Below, piece by piece: positions 18,624 through 28,412 of a stretch of DNA of 64,000 bases; the first letter of the stretch is position 1, and each line of letters starts with the position of its first letter. A program made the translations under genes and the position numbers. The notes beneath the pieces were generated by a model, which saw only the letters and a program-made list of their open reading frames with translations, was not told the DNA's origin and made no database searches. Origin of the DNA: Clostridium sp. CAG:793 (lineage in GTDB: Bacteria; Bacillota; Clostridia; TANB77; CAG-508); the NCBI GenBank assembly GCA_000433915.1, contig HF993636.1, positions 2,838-66,837 on the forward strand, written 5' to 3'.

Positions 18624-19665
18624 TTGCTCTATTAACCCGTACTATTTTTTCATCAGCTATTGGCTGGCATAATGCTGCACCTAAGTAATATGTTATTGTT
18701 AATGCTGTTAAATTTAATATTGGTTGTATGCATATACACATTACCACTATTATTCCTACAATTCCCACTGCATTTTTTATTATGTTACTATATCCTAATA
18801 CGGTATCTATTGCATCCCCTAATATTCCTCCTACAACTGGAATTGCATTTGATACTATTGATTTTCCTGCTTTTAATGTAACTCCATCTAGTCCACTTGT
18901 TACTCCTCCTTCTAATGTGGTTAGTGTCATAAATAGTCCGAGTACGGTTGTTAATACCCATACTGATCCTTTTTTGAAGAATTTTGATAACTTGTCCACT
19001 TGAACTTCATCTGAAATCTTAGAAATTATTCCTAAAGCTGTTGCTACCAATATAATCGGAATTATTACATTTACTATTAAATTGCTTATAAATGTAATTA
19101 AAAATAATAACATTGGTTCTATCATTCTTGATGTTACGATGTTGCCTGTTGTTATCATAAGAGTGCTTAATAGTGGTATTAGTGTGTTTGTGAATGCACT
19201 TAAATTCTGTATTGATGTTTTTATTCCTGTGATTATGTCTGAAAAATTTTTCATTACTAATGTTATTATTAATATGTATTGAATATAATATGCTATTTTA
19301 GCTATTGATTCATTTCCGAGATTCTCACTTATTGCTTTTAATATGCTATGTATTATCACAACTACAATTATCCCTGCTATCATTGTAATTGCGCCTTTCA
19401 TGTTATCTCCAAGTATTGCAATTATGTATTTTATTATTTTTGTATTATCTAATTTTCCTGATACTGTTTCTTCGAAAATCTGTGAAATGTCTATATTTCC
19501 AGTATACTTGTCTGCTTCACTTATAAAATCTCCTATTCCTAAAGCTTTTTCTTGACTACTTATTATCTCATCTTTTTCATCTGTACTATTTTGCGTAGCA
19601 AGTACTCTGTTTGGCATGAAATACAACATTATTATGATTAATATAATTATTATCTTTTTTTCCAA
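18607..19665 (-). CDS. spoIIIAE: stage III sporulation protein AE (apparent C-terminal frameshift; see finding)
   Basis: 352-aa polytopic membrane ORF with a signal-like N-terminus, at the operon position after spoIIIAD. It ends ...CQPIADEKIVRVNRANGRNI*, while the expected hydrophobic tail is in another frame. Confidence 0.8.
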   Translation of the reverse strand: MEKKIIIILIIIMLYFMPNRVLATQNSTDEKDEIISSQEKALGIGDFISEADKYTGNIDISQIFEETVSGKLDNTKIIKYIIAILGDNMKGAITMIAGIIVVVIIHSILKAISENLGNESIAKIAYYIQYILIITLVMKNFSDIITGIKTSIQNLSAFTNTLIPLLSTLMITTGNIVTSRMIEPMLLFLITFISNLIVNVIIPIILVATALGIISKISDEVQVDKLSKFFKKGSVWVLTTVLGLFMTLTTLEGGVTSGLDGVTLKAGKSIVSNAIPVVGGILGDAIDTVLGYSNIIKNAVGIVGIIVVMCICIQPILNLTALTITYYLGAALCQPIADEKIVRVNRANGRNI

Positions 19666-19681
19666 TTTTCTTACTCCTTTT

Positions 19682-20068
19682 TCAAGGTAATATCTTAAGT
19701 ACTGTTTCTAACAATGCGCTTATAATTGGTATTGACATTGAGATTATGATTACTTTTCCCCCTATGTCTACTTTGCTTGCTATTGCATTTTCTCCTGTAT
19801 CTTTGCAAATACTTACTGCAAATTCTGTAAGTATCGCTATCCCTGTTATTTTTATTAAAATCTTTATAAACTGAGTATTTACATTTGCTTTATTTGATAT
19901 GTCTTGTAATAAATTTATTATTCCTTTAAATGTGTCAGTAAGCATTGTTAGTATTAAAACTCCTGCAATTATTGAGGCATACATTGCAAATTCTGGTTTA
20001 TATTGTTTTAGTATTACTATGATTATTACTGATATTAAACCTATTCCTATTATTTTGATAATTTCCAT
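19682..20068 (-). CDS. spoIIIAD: stage III sporulation protein AD
   Basis: 128-aa four-TM protein. Size and order in the operon match SpoIIIAD. Confidence 0.85.
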   Translation of the reverse strand: MEIIKIIGIGLISVIIIVILKQYKPEFAMYASIIAGVLILTMLTDTFKGIINLLQDISNKANVNTQFIKILIKITGIAILTEFAVSICKDTGENAIASKVDIGGKVIIISMSIPIISALLETVLKILP

Positions 20069-20080
20069 AGATTTACTCCT

Positions 20081-20275
20081 CTAAAGATTAAACATGGTTC
20101 TTACTGAGTCAAATAATGAACTTACCTCTTTTATAACCATTGATAGAACAATTATAAGACCAGCAAGTGTTGTCATCATTGCTTGATCTTCTCTTCCTGC
20201 TCTTACTAGTACTTGATATAACACTGCTACTAATATTCCTATTGCCGCTATCTTAAATAATAAATCTATACTCAT
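20081..20275 (-). CDS. spoIIIAC: stage III sporulation protein AC
   Basis: 64-aa two-TM protein (IAAIGILVAVLYQVLVRAGREDQAMMTTLAGLIIVL). Operon order. Confidence 0.85.
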   Translation of the reverse strand: MSIDLLFKIAAIGILVAVLYQVLVRAGREDQAMMTTLAGLIIVLSMVIKEVSSLFDSVRTMFNL

Positions 20276-20298
20276 ATTAATTTTCCTTTCCTTGATTT

Positions 20299-20808
20299 TT
20301 ATACTAAAATTATTACTATTGCTAGTCCTATTGTTGCTCCCAAGGTTTTGTATAATTTTTCATTTTTCTTTCTTTCCATTTGTGCATCTTCAATTTTATT
20401 TTCTAGAAATTTCATTGTTAATCTTATTTCATTAACTTGTCCATCCAAATCCATTTGTCCTAGCATTTTTGCTAGTCCTTTTATTGTGTCTTTATCTCCT
20501 TTATTTAGCTTTGTTTCTGATTCATCTATTGCTTTTTCCCATGCTTCACCTGCAGACATTATTTGCATATTGTCTGATGCACTTTTAAATATATTTCCTA
20601 TACTTGATATACATTTTTCCGATATTTCTTTAAAAACATCTGGAATCGGTTCATATGTAAATTTTATTTTTTCTTCAAATATGTTTAAAGCATTTAACAT
20701 TTCTTTTAATTCTTTTTCTCTTGTTATATATTTTCTTGATATAGTAATTCCGCATGCTGTGGACAAGCAAAATATCCCAGATAAAATAATAAATTTTATA
20801 ATTATCAT
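20299..20808 (-). CDS. spoIIIAB: stage III sporulation protein AB
   Basis: 169 aa, with an N-terminal TM segment plus a GspF-like soluble domain and a C-terminal TM segment. Operon order. Confidence 0.85.
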   Translation of the reverse strand: MIIIKFIILSGIFCLSTACGITISRKYITREKELKEMLNALNIFEEKIKFTYEPIPDVFKEISEKCISSIGNIFKSASDNMQIMSAGEAWEKAIDESETKLNKGDKDTIKGLAKMLGQMDLDGQVNEIRLTMKFLENKIEDAQMERKKNEKLYKTLGATIGLAIVIILV

Positions 20809-20862
20809 TATTTTTTTCCTCTTTTCTTTTGTATATAAAAAATATATTCATTTGTTCTATTC

Positions 20863-21768
20863 TTATGACAAGATTTCATCGCCTGATTTATACACGTTTT
20901 TATCTAAAGTATATAATTTCTTCATTATTCCTCTTTTTTCTAAGAAAATTATCTTTTTAAATACTTTTTCTTCATACAATTTGCTTAAATTTTTATTCAT
21001 TCTTAATTCATTTATATCTCCACCATGTGCTGTAAATATTCCTTTTACTCCTGAACAGATTCCATAATTTATAGCATCTATATCTTCTTCCGTTCCAATC
21101 TCATCTGCACATATTACCTGTGGAGCCATTGTTCTTACAGCAATTTTCATTCCCAAGTTTTTCGTTACATTTTCCATTACATCTGTTCTTATCCCTAAAT
21201 CATTTTGTGGGATTCCTTTGTACATTGCTGCAATCTCTCCTCTTTCATCAATTACTGATACTGTATATCCTGAATTACTAATATTTCTTATCAAATCTCT
21301 TAGTAAAGTTGTCTTTCCTGAGCCTGGAGGTGATACAATTAAAGTATTGTTTACATTCCCATTTTCAATTATTTCTGGCAAAATTACATCACTTACTCCT
21401 ATTATTTCTTTAGCTATTCTTATATTTAATGATGACACATAGTTTATATTGTTTATTTGCTTGTCCTTCATTGCAAAGTTTCCTGTAATTCCAACTCTAT
21501 GACCACCTTGTAATGTTATAAATCCACTACATATTTGACTTTGATATGTATATATGGAATTTTCGCAAAATATTTGCAATGCTCCTAATACCTCTCTTTG
21601 ACTTGGTATATAATCTGTTATTATTTCTTCATCTATATTTTTTAAAATTATTGGTCTTTGTGCTCTAATGCGTATTTCTTCTATCTTATCAGGATTTACC
21701 ACTATCGATATGTTTCTAGGTAATACTCGTAATATCGTTTCTAAATTGTTTATCATCTTTTCCTCCAA
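20863..21768 (-). CDS. spoIIIAA: stage III sporulation protein AA (secretion-type ATPase)
   Basis: 301 aa. Walker A SPPGSGKTTLLRD and Walker B VICADEIG. First gene of the array. Confidence 0.9.
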   Translation of the reverse strand: MEEKMINNLETILRVLPRNISIVVNPDKIEEIRIRAQRPIILKNIDEEIITDYIPSQREVLGALQIFCENSIYTYQSQICSGFITLQGGHRVGITGNFAMKDKQINNINYVSSLNIRIAKEIIGVSDVILPEIIENGNVNNTLIVSPPGSGKTTLLRDLIRNISNSGYTVSVIDERGEIAAMYKGIPQNDLGIRTDVMENVTKNLGMKIAVRTMAPQVICADEIGTEEDIDAINYGICSGVKGIFTAHGGDINELRMNKNLSKLYEEKVFKKIIFLEKRGIMKKLYTLDKNVYKSGDEILS

Positions 21769-21852
21769 TCTTTATATAGTATATATGCTCTTTTTTCTAT
21801 TTTTAGAAATGTTTTTGCAAAATAAATGTTTTCCAAGTTTATTTAATGAAAA

Positions 21853-21880
21853 AAGAGTTAGAAATTTCTTTCTAACTCTT
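21853..21880 (-). terminator. rho-independent terminator after yebC
   Basis: AAGAGTTAGAAA / TTTCTAACTCTT 12-bp stem with a 4-nt loop, 19 nt after the stop. T-run on the minus strand (A-run at 21849-21853). Confidence 0.75.
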
Positions 21881-21898
21881 CTTGTATTATTTATTCTA

Positions 21899-22627
21899 TT
21901 ATTGTTCTTCCCAGTTATGATATACATTCATTACATCATCTAGGTCTTCAAGATTGTCAACTAATCTTTGCATTTTTTCTGAACCTGTTTCATCAAGTAC
22001 AACTGTTGTTGTTGGAACCATTTGGACTTCTGCTTCAACAAATTCAAGTCCTGCATTTTCTAAAGCTTCTCTTACTGCTGAGAAATCTGATGGCTCGGTT
22101 GTTACTTCATAGCATTCTTCATCTGACTTAACATCCTCTGCACCATTTTCTAATGCTAACATCATTATATCGTCTTCTGTCATATCTGTTGTTGACTTGT
22201 CTATTACGATTACACCTTTTTTATTGAACATGTATGATACACATCCACTTGTTCCAAGGTTTCCTCCTGCTTTATCAAATATGTGACGAACATCTGCTGC
22301 TGTTCTATTTTTGTTATCTGTACTTGCTTCAACTATTAATGCTACACCACATGGTCCATATCCTTCATAAGTCATTTCTTCATATGTTTTATTGCTTCCT
22401 TCTCCAGAAGCTTTCTTTATAGCATTGCTTATTGTGTCATTAGGCATATTATTAGCTTTGCATTTTGCAATAACGTCTTTTAATTTAGAGTTACTTGTCG
22501 GATCAGGTCCACCAGCTTTCACTGCTAATAGTATTTCTCTTCCTAATTTAGTGAACACTTTTCCTCTTGCTGCGTCTGCTTTTCCTTTTTTGGCTTGAAT
22601 ATTGTGCCATTTGCTGTGTCCTGACAT
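21899..22627 (-). CDS. yebC: YebC/PmpR-family DNA-binding transcriptional regulator
   Basis: 242 aa. Highly diagnostic N-terminus [32 protein letters not shown]. Confidence 0.95.
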   Translation of the reverse strand: MSGHSKWHNIQAKKGKADAARGKVFTKLGREILLAVKAGGPDPTSNSKLKDVIAKCKANNMPNDTISNAIKKASGEGSNKTYEEMTYEGYGPCGVALIVEASTDNKNRTAADVRHIFDKAGGNLGTSGCVSYMFNKKGVIVIDKSTTDMTEDDIMMLALENGAEDVKSDEECYEVTTEPSDFSAVREALENAGLEFVEAEVQMVPTTTVVLDETGSEKMQRLVDNLEDLDDVMNVYHNWEEQ

Positions 22628-22912
22628 CTTTCTTTCCTCCTTTTTATTTTTTGCAATATTTCAAGTTTTTATCCTCTACTTATAATTACATTTTCTATTG
22701 TATCACATTATTTCTTATTTGTGTAGTGTTTTTCTATATTATCCATTAAAAACTGCCTTCTTTTTGACAATCATACTCATATTACATCTCAAATTGGTAT
22801 AATTGTTAAACTTTGTAACTAGATAAAAAACATTTATTCCTTTTAAAAATTTTATTGCATTTTTATTTTCATTATGATAATATTTTTTTAGTTTTATTTA
22901 AAGGAGTAATAT

Positions 22913-23335
22913 ATGAAAATTTTAATGGTAGAAGATTCTGTAAATAAATATCTAGCTGTAAAGCATGCTATTAATCCTGACTTGGATTCTCTTGATGATT
23001 ATGGTGATTTAACATCTTGTATGGGTGCTCTTAAATCTAAAATTAATAATTCACCTCAAAATCCTTATGATGTACTTATATGTGATATGAATTTTCCTAT
23101 TGCATCTGGTAGACTTCCTCATAGAAATTGTGGACTTGAAATGTTAGAGCAATTACAACTTAGAGGAATTACTTTCCCATCAATAGTTTTGTATTCAATG
23201 GATCCGCTTACTTTGACTGATGATTTTAAGAAACTTGGTGTTTCTAAAGTCGTTCAATATACTAATGATGAAAATTTAGTTCCTGTTATTGATGATATTA
23301 GAGCTTCGTTAGAACGTGATGAACTTGAATTATAA
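22913..23335 (+). CDS. stand-alone receiver (CheY-like) domain protein
   Basis: 140 aa. MKILMVEDS, then an acceptor-like Asp in DVLICDMNFP. AAGGAG 7 nt upstream. One of only three plus-strand genes. No kinase nearby. Confidence 0.7.
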   Translation: MKILMVEDSVNKYLAVKHAINPDLDSLDDYGDLTSCMGALKSKINNSPQNPYDVLICDMNFPIASGRLPHRNCGLEMLEQLQLRGITFPSIVLYSMDPLTLTDDFKKLGVSKVVQYTNDENLVPVIDDIRASLERDELEL

Positions 23336-23383
23336 ATAAAAAAAATACCATAAGCTATTATATATAACTTATGGTATTTTTTT
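23336..23383. terminator. bidirectional rho-independent terminator between convergent genes
   Basis: ATACCATAAG (23345-23354) pairs with CTTATGGTAT (23368-23377), flanked by an A-run on the left and a T-run on the right. Confidence 0.85.
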
Positions 23384-23576
23384 AATCTTCAACTTTAGCA
23401 AAAAATCTTATTGACCATAAACCAGCTATTCCTACTAGTGTATAGATGATTCTACTTATGACGCTCATTGTTCCAAATATCATTGCAACTAGGTCAAAAT
23501 TAAATAATCCTATTAACCCCCAGTTTATTGCGCCAATAATGACTAATACTAGTGCGATGTAGTCTATTACTTTCAT
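23382..23576 (-). CDS. DUF378-family small membrane protein
   Basis: 64 aa, two TM segments. LVIIGAINWGLIGLFNFDLV is the DUF378 hallmark. Confidence 0.85.
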   Translation of the reverse strand: MKVIDYIALVLVIIGAINWGLIGLFNFDLVAMIFGTMSVISRIIYTLVGIAGLWSIRFFAKVED

Positions 23577-23699
23577 TTTTTTGCTCCTTTTTGTTATGAA
23601 ATCTATTATAAGATTTCATTATTTATTATAGTCATTTTTCGATTTTTTATGCAAAAAAATTTATCTTCTAAAATTAGAAAATAAATTTTTTTAATTTTT

Positions 23700-24701
23700 T
23701 TATATATTATTTTGTGTAAATTTCCATGAATCTCTACACATATCTTCTAGGCTCTTTTCAGCTTTCCATCCAAGTACAGTTTCTGCTTTAGTTGGATCTG
23801 CATAGCATTCTGCAATATCTCCAGGTCTTCTTGGTGTTATCTCATATTTTATGTTTACTCCTGTTGCTGATTCAAAATTTTTTACTATATCTAATACAGA
23901 ATATCCTTTTCCTGTTCCTAAATTATATGCTTCAACTCCTGTCATTTTTTCAGCTCTTTCAATAGCTTTTATGTGTCCTTTAGCAAGATCTACAACATGG
24001 ATATAATCTCTTACTCCAGTTCCATCTGGTGTTGGATAGTCATTTCCAAATACGCGTAAGTGATCTAATTTTCCAAGTGCTACTTGATTTATATATGGCA
24101 TTAGATTGTTTGGAATTCCATTAGGTGCTTCTCCAATAAGTCCGCTTTCATGAGCTCCTATTGGGTTAAAGTATCTTAGTAATACTATGCTCCATGAATT
24201 ATCTGAAACATATATATCACTTAGAATTTGCTCTATCATTACTTTAGTTTGTCCATAAGGATTTGTTGCCGATTTAGGGAAATCTTCTTTTATTGGAACA
24301 CTTGCTGGATCTCCATAAACAGTTGCTGATGAGCTAAATACTATCTTTTTAACATTGTGTTTTCTCATGCAATCAACTAGACTTAATGTTCCATTTAAGT
24401 TATTTTCATAATATTCAATTGGTTTTGCTACTGATTCTCCTACTGCTTTAAGTGCTGCAAAATGTATTACAGCTTGTATATCTGGATTTTCGTCAAATAC
24501 TTTATTTAATTCTTCTTTATTTACAATATCTACTTTGTAAAATTTAAAATCTTTTCCGGTTATTTTTTTTATTGCTTCTAATGCTTCCGGTTTGCTATTT
24601 ACAAAGTTATCTACAATTATTACATCATATCCTGCATTTAATAATTCAACTACTGTATGTGAGCCTATAAATCCTGCTCCACCTGTTACTAATATTGACA
24701 T
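23700..24701 (-). CDS. galE: UDP-glucose 4-epimerase
   Basis: MSILVTGGAGFIGSH, YxxxK region (PYGQTKVMIEQ), DGTGVRDYIHVVDLA. Start moved to the ATG at 24701 with GAAAGGAA upstream. The track start at 24740 adds 13 residues. Confidence 0.92.
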   Translation of the reverse strand: MSILVTGGAGFIGSHTVVELLNAGYDVIIVDNFVNSKPEALEAIKKITGKDFKFYKVDIVNKEELNKVFDENPDIQAVIHFAALKAVGESVAKPIEYYENNLNGTLSLVDCMRKHNVKKIVFSSSATVYGDPASVPIKEDFPKSATNPYGQTKVMIEQILSDIYVSDNSWSIVLLRYFNPIGAHESGLIGEAPNGIPNNLMPYINQVALGKLDHLRVFGNDYPTPDGTGVRDYIHVVDLAKGHIKAIERAEKMTGVEAYNLGTGKGYSVLDIVKNFESATGVNIKYEITPRRPGDIAECYADPTKAETVLGWKAEKSLEDMCRDSWKFTQNNI

Positions 24702-24769
24702 ATTTTTATTTCCTTTCTTATTTTTGTTATATAATATCACAATTAGTAAATAATTTAAATATTTATAGT

Positions 24770-25708
24770 CTATTTTACATATAATTTTTCTTTTATTATA
24801 TCTTTTATTGATTCTGAGTCAATGTGAAAATAGCTCATCAAGTTTTCTGGTTTGCCTGATTTTCCAAATGTATCATGTATTCCTAATCTTTCTAATTTCT
24901 TTGGATATCTGTCAGTCAAAACTTCGCTTATTGCACTTCCTAATCCACCTATTATATTGTGATCCTCAACTGATATTAGTATACTTGTTTCACGTGCACA
25001 TTTTTCAATTAATTCTGCATCTATTGGTTTAATTGTATGAATATCTACAACTCTAATATCTAAACCTTCTTCTTTCAATTCTTCTTGAGCTTGTAATGCT
25101 TCTGTTACTGTAACGCCTGTTGCAAATACTGTTGCATCTGTTCCTTTTCCAATCTGTATTCCATTGCCAATCTTAAATTTTTGATCTTCAGTATATATTA
25201 TTGGAGTCTTTAGTCTGCTAAGTCTTAAATATACAGGTCCATTATATTCTGCAATTTCTTTTACTAATGCTCTTGTTTCTGTATCATCACTTGTAGATAT
25301 TACTGTCATATTAGGAAGACCTCTCATTAAATTAATATCTTCTAGCATTTGATGAGTTGCTCCATCTTCTCCAACAGTTATTCCAGCATGAGTTCCACAT
25401 ATTTTTACATTTTGATTTGCATACGCAACACTTATACGAATTTGGTCATAACATCTTCCAGTTGCAAACACTGCAAATGAAGCAGCAAATGGAATTTTTC
25501 CACAACTTGCAAGTCCTGCTGCAGTACTTATCATGTCCGCTTCTGAAATTCCCATTTCGATAAATCTTTTTGGATTTTTCTCTTTAAAATATGATGTTTT
25601 AGTTGACGTATCTAAATCGGCATCTAATACTACAATTTTTTCATCTTTTAATTCTGCTAAAGCTTTTCCAAAACTTTCTCTAGTAGCAATTTTTTTTATT
25701 TCTTCCAT
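24770..25708 (-). CDS. transketolase, C-terminal (pyrimidine-binding) subunit
   Basis: 312 aa. FIEMGISEADMISTAAGLA, GATHQMLEDI. Adjacent to the N-terminal subunit gene. Confidence 0.92.
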   Translation of the reverse strand: MEEIKKIATRESFGKALAELKDEKIVVLDADLDTSTKTSYFKEKNPKRFIEMGISEADMISTAAGLASCGKIPFAASFAVFATGRCYDQIRISVAYANQNVKICGTHAGITVGEDGATHQMLEDINLMRGLPNMTVISTSDDTETRALVKEIAEYNGPVYLRLSRLKTPIIYTEDQKFKIGNGIQIGKGTDATVFATGVTVTEALQAQEELKEEGLDIRVVDIHTIKPIDAELIEKCARETSILISVEDHNIIGGLGSAISEVLTDRYPKKLERLGIHDTFGKSGKPENLMSYFHIDSESIKDIIKEKLYVK

Positions 25709-25728
25709 ATTTATTCCTCTCTTTTATA

Positions 25729-26565
25729 TTAATCTTTTGTCTTACTTAGTTCTTCTAATGCTTTTTTATAATCTTCATCTGATAAAGATTTTCCATGCCA
25801 TTCATTGTTATTTTCCATGAAAGAAACACCTTTTCCTTTTATTGTCTTGGCTATTATTACAGATGGCATTCCTTTAGTTCTTTCTGCTATTGAAAATGCT
25901 TGCATTATTGACTCTATGTTGTTTCCGTCTATTACTATTGTATTAAATCCGAAACTTCTAAATTTTTGTTCTATACTTTCATGATTTAATGATTTTATTT
26001 CTTCTGTTTTTCCTGTTAATTGTAATCCATTGCAATCTATAATTGCACATATATTGTCTAATTCATACTGGCTTGAAGTCATTGCCGCTTCCCACACTTG
26101 ACCTTCTTCAAGTTCTCCATCTCCCATTAAACAATATACTCTAAATCCTTGTTTATCAATTTTTGATGCAATGGCCATTCCATTTGCAGCTGACAATCCT
26201 TGCCCTAATGAACCTGTTGTCATATCCACTCCTGGCACTTTATTCATATCTGGATGGCCTTGCAATGGGCTATCTATATGTCTAAATGTTATTAAGTCTT
26301 CTTTTGGAAAATATCCTCTTTCAGCTAATGTTGCATATAAAGCTTCTGATGCATGGCCTTTTGATAATACAAATCTATCTCTTGATTCTGCTTTTGGGTT
26401 TTGTGGGTCTATATTCATTTCATTAAAATATAATACTGCCAATATGTCTGCACATGAAAGTGAACTTCCTATATGTCCTGATTTTCCATAATATACTTCT
26501 TGTAATAAATCTATTCTAATTTTTCTTGCTTTTTCTGCAAGTGCTTCTACTTTTGTTATTTTCAT
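25729..26565 (-). CDS. transketolase, N-terminal (TPP-binding) subunit
   Basis: 278 aa. SGHIGSSLSCADIL, DRFVLSKGHA, GDGELEEGQVWEA. Confidence 0.92.
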   Translation of the reverse strand: MKITKVEALAEKARKIRIDLLQEVYYGKSGHIGSSLSCADILAVLYFNEMNIDPQNPKAESRDRFVLSKGHASEALYATLAERGYFPKEDLITFRHIDSPLQGHPDMNKVPGVDMTTGSLGQGLSAANGMAIASKIDKQGFRVYCLMGDGELEEGQVWEAAMTSSQYELDNICAIIDCNGLQLTGKTEEIKSLNHESIEQKFRSFGFNTIVIDGNNIESIMQAFSIAERTKGMPSVIIAKTIKGKGVSFMENNNEWHGKSLSDEDYKKALEELSKTKD

Positions 26566-26620
26566 TATTTTTCCCTTTCTTTAGATTATATATTTATTTT
26601 ATACAACCTTTTTGTCCATT

Positions 26621-27523
26621 TTATGTTTTATTTGTTAAATTTATTTGATTGTATATCCATTCTGAAATTTGGTTTGCTAAAATTTCTTCTTTTCCTTTAT
26701 AATTATGATTTGCTTTATCTATGAAATTTATGTCTTTATTTTTGTTTGTTATTTTTTCATTCATTTTTTTGACTAATTGCTGTGCATCTTGTGTTATTAG
26801 CTCTTTGTTATTTCCCCATCTCATGAATAATGGCACTTGTATATTATTTAATTCATTAAATTCATAATTATCATCACTATATCTTGCAAAATCTATTTTG
26901 GATTCTTCCATACAATTTAATATCGTTCGTGGCATTATTGGTGGAAATCCATCTATTGAAACTATTTTATTTCCTTTTTTCTTTTTTTCAAGTAGTTTCA
27001 AATAATTTATCACTTTTTTGTAATTATCTCCACACACTACTTTTAGAAATTGCGGTACATCAACTAGTGATAATAAACTAACTCCTACAATATTTTTCGC
27101 TATATCTAAATTATTTTTTACAAACTGATTGTATGAATATACGGCTTTGGTTGCTCCTAAACTGTGACCTTGCAAAATTATTTGACTATATCCATTTTCA
27201 ATCATTGCTTTTATGGCTGCTTCTATGTCTTTGTCACAATCATATATGTTTTCTGCTCCTGATCCATAGAAATTCATATAACCCTTTTGAATTAAATCAT
27301 ACGTATTAATTATGTCATGACCTCTATTGTCAAATGTAAAATACGCGATCCCTTGCTTTGTTAACTTTTGTGCTATTACGTCATCTCTATATCTTAAGCA
27401 ATTACTTGTTATTCCATGAACTGATATCATACAAGTTTTCGTTTGCTTTTCTTCTGGCATATGTAGTAGTCCTATTAGACTTAATTTATCTGTCGTTTTA
27501 AAATAAATCTTTTTTATTTGCAT
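26621..27523 (-). CDS. alpha/beta-fold hydrolase
   Basis: 300 aa. Nucleophile elbow LQGHSLGA and an HG-type oxyanion region (SVHGITSN). Confidence 0.75.
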   Translation of the reverse strand: MQIKKIYFKTTDKLSLIGLLHMPEEKQTKTCMISVHGITSNCLRYRDDVIAQKLTKQGIAYFTFDNRGHDIINTYDLIQKGYMNFYGSGAENIYDCDKDIEAAIKAMIENGYSQIILQGHSLGATKAVYSYNQFVKNNLDIAKNIVGVSLLSLVDVPQFLKVVCGDNYKKVINYLKLLEKKKKGNKIVSIDGFPPIMPRTILNCMEESKIDFARYSDDNYEFNELNNIQVPLFMRWGNNKELITQDAQQLVKKMNEKITNKNKDINFIDKANHNYKGKEEILANQISEWIYNQINLTNKT

Positions 27524-27596
27524 ATTACTCTCCTTAATTTTTTATATTATATACTATTGCAAATACTTTGTCTATGATATATGAATTATAAAGATT

Positions 27597-28292
27597 TTAT
27601 TTTTCTGTTAAAACTTCGTTTGCTTTTTCCTTTGTTAAATAACCATATTCAATCATTTTGTTTGCAACTTGTTTCTGTCTTTGCTTAGCTAGCTTGCGAT
27701 TTGCTTTAGGATTATATACACTTGGTGCATTGGGAACTCCTGCTAGCATTATACATTCTCCATCTGTCATATCGTTTGGCAATTTTCCGAAATATCCTTT
27801 GCTTGCTTCTTTCGGAGTATTATATCCGCTTCCATAGTATGCAGTATTTACATATAACTCTAAAATTTCGTCTTTACTATAATTTTTCTCTATGTCAAAT
27901 GCCATAAAGATTTCTGCAATTTTTCTTTCGACTTTCTTTTCTTGTGTAAAATATGTATTTTTAGCAAGTTGCTGCGTTATTGTACTTCCTCCCTCTGCAA
28001 AAGACATTGTTCGTATATCATTGAATGTTGCTCGTCCTATTGCAATTATGTCAATTCCACAATGATTGTAAAATCTATGATCTTCAACTGATATAACAGC
28101 TTCAAGATAAATTTTAGGTAATTCTGCAAGTGATGTATAATTCTTTTTTTCTTTTATTTCTGTAAACTTCTGATCTAATGTTTCTTGCTTTATAGCTTCT
28201 TTATACATATTGTAGCCTTTAAATCCCAAAAACATTCCAATACTTATTATGACAAACATTGCTATGATTACTAATTTTTTTATTACTTTCAT
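27597..28292 (-). CDS. monofunctional peptidoglycan glycosyltransferase (GT51)
   Basis: 231 aa. N-terminal TM anchor and GT51 motifs ISVEDHRFYNHCGID, GGSTITQQLAKN, RKIAEIFMA. Confidence 0.88.
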   Translation of the reverse strand: MKVIKKLVIIAMFVIISIGMFLGFKGYNMYKEAIKQETLDQKFTEIKEKKNYTSLAELPKIYLEAVISVEDHRFYNHCGIDIIAIGRATFNDIRTMSFAEGGSTITQQLAKNTYFTQEKKVERKIAEIFMAFDIEKNYSKDEILELYVNTAYYGSGYNTPKEASKGYFGKLPNDMTDGECIMLAGVPNAPSVYNPKANRKLAKQRQKQVANKMIEYGYLTKEKANEVLTEK

Positions 28293-28364
28293 AATTGTTA
28301 CCTATCTTTCTACATTTTTTGTTTATTATCTCATCACAAGATGACATTTGCATGACTTTAGGCA

Positions 28365-28399
28365 ACAAAAAAACAATCAGATTATATTTTCTGATTGTT
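28365..28399 (-). terminator. rho-independent terminator of ssrA
   Basis: AACAATCAG (28372-28380) pairs with CTGATTGTT (28391-28399), followed on the minus strand by a T7 run. Lies 14 nt after the tmRNA CCA end. Confidence 0.85.
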
Positions 28400-28412
28400 T
28401 TTATATTATATG

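Noticed and set aside
20348-21067. 239-aa plus-strand ORF, the longest plus-strand ORF without homology.
   Set aside because: It is entirely antisense to spoIIIAB and spoIIIAA. Its composition (F/I/S/L-rich) is what the reverse frame of AT-rich coding DNA produces, and it has no RBS. The same reasoning applies to most other plus-strand track ORFs, such as 7072-7509, 15852-16235, 44580-45041, 55642-56118 and 57145-57480.
21769-21898. Candidate sigma-E-type promoter upstream of spoIIIAA: GCATATATA about 25 nt before the RBS.
   Set aside because: The -10-like CATATATA is plausible, but I could not find a convincing -35 (ATATT-type) at the right spacing. The evidence is too weak to report as a feature.
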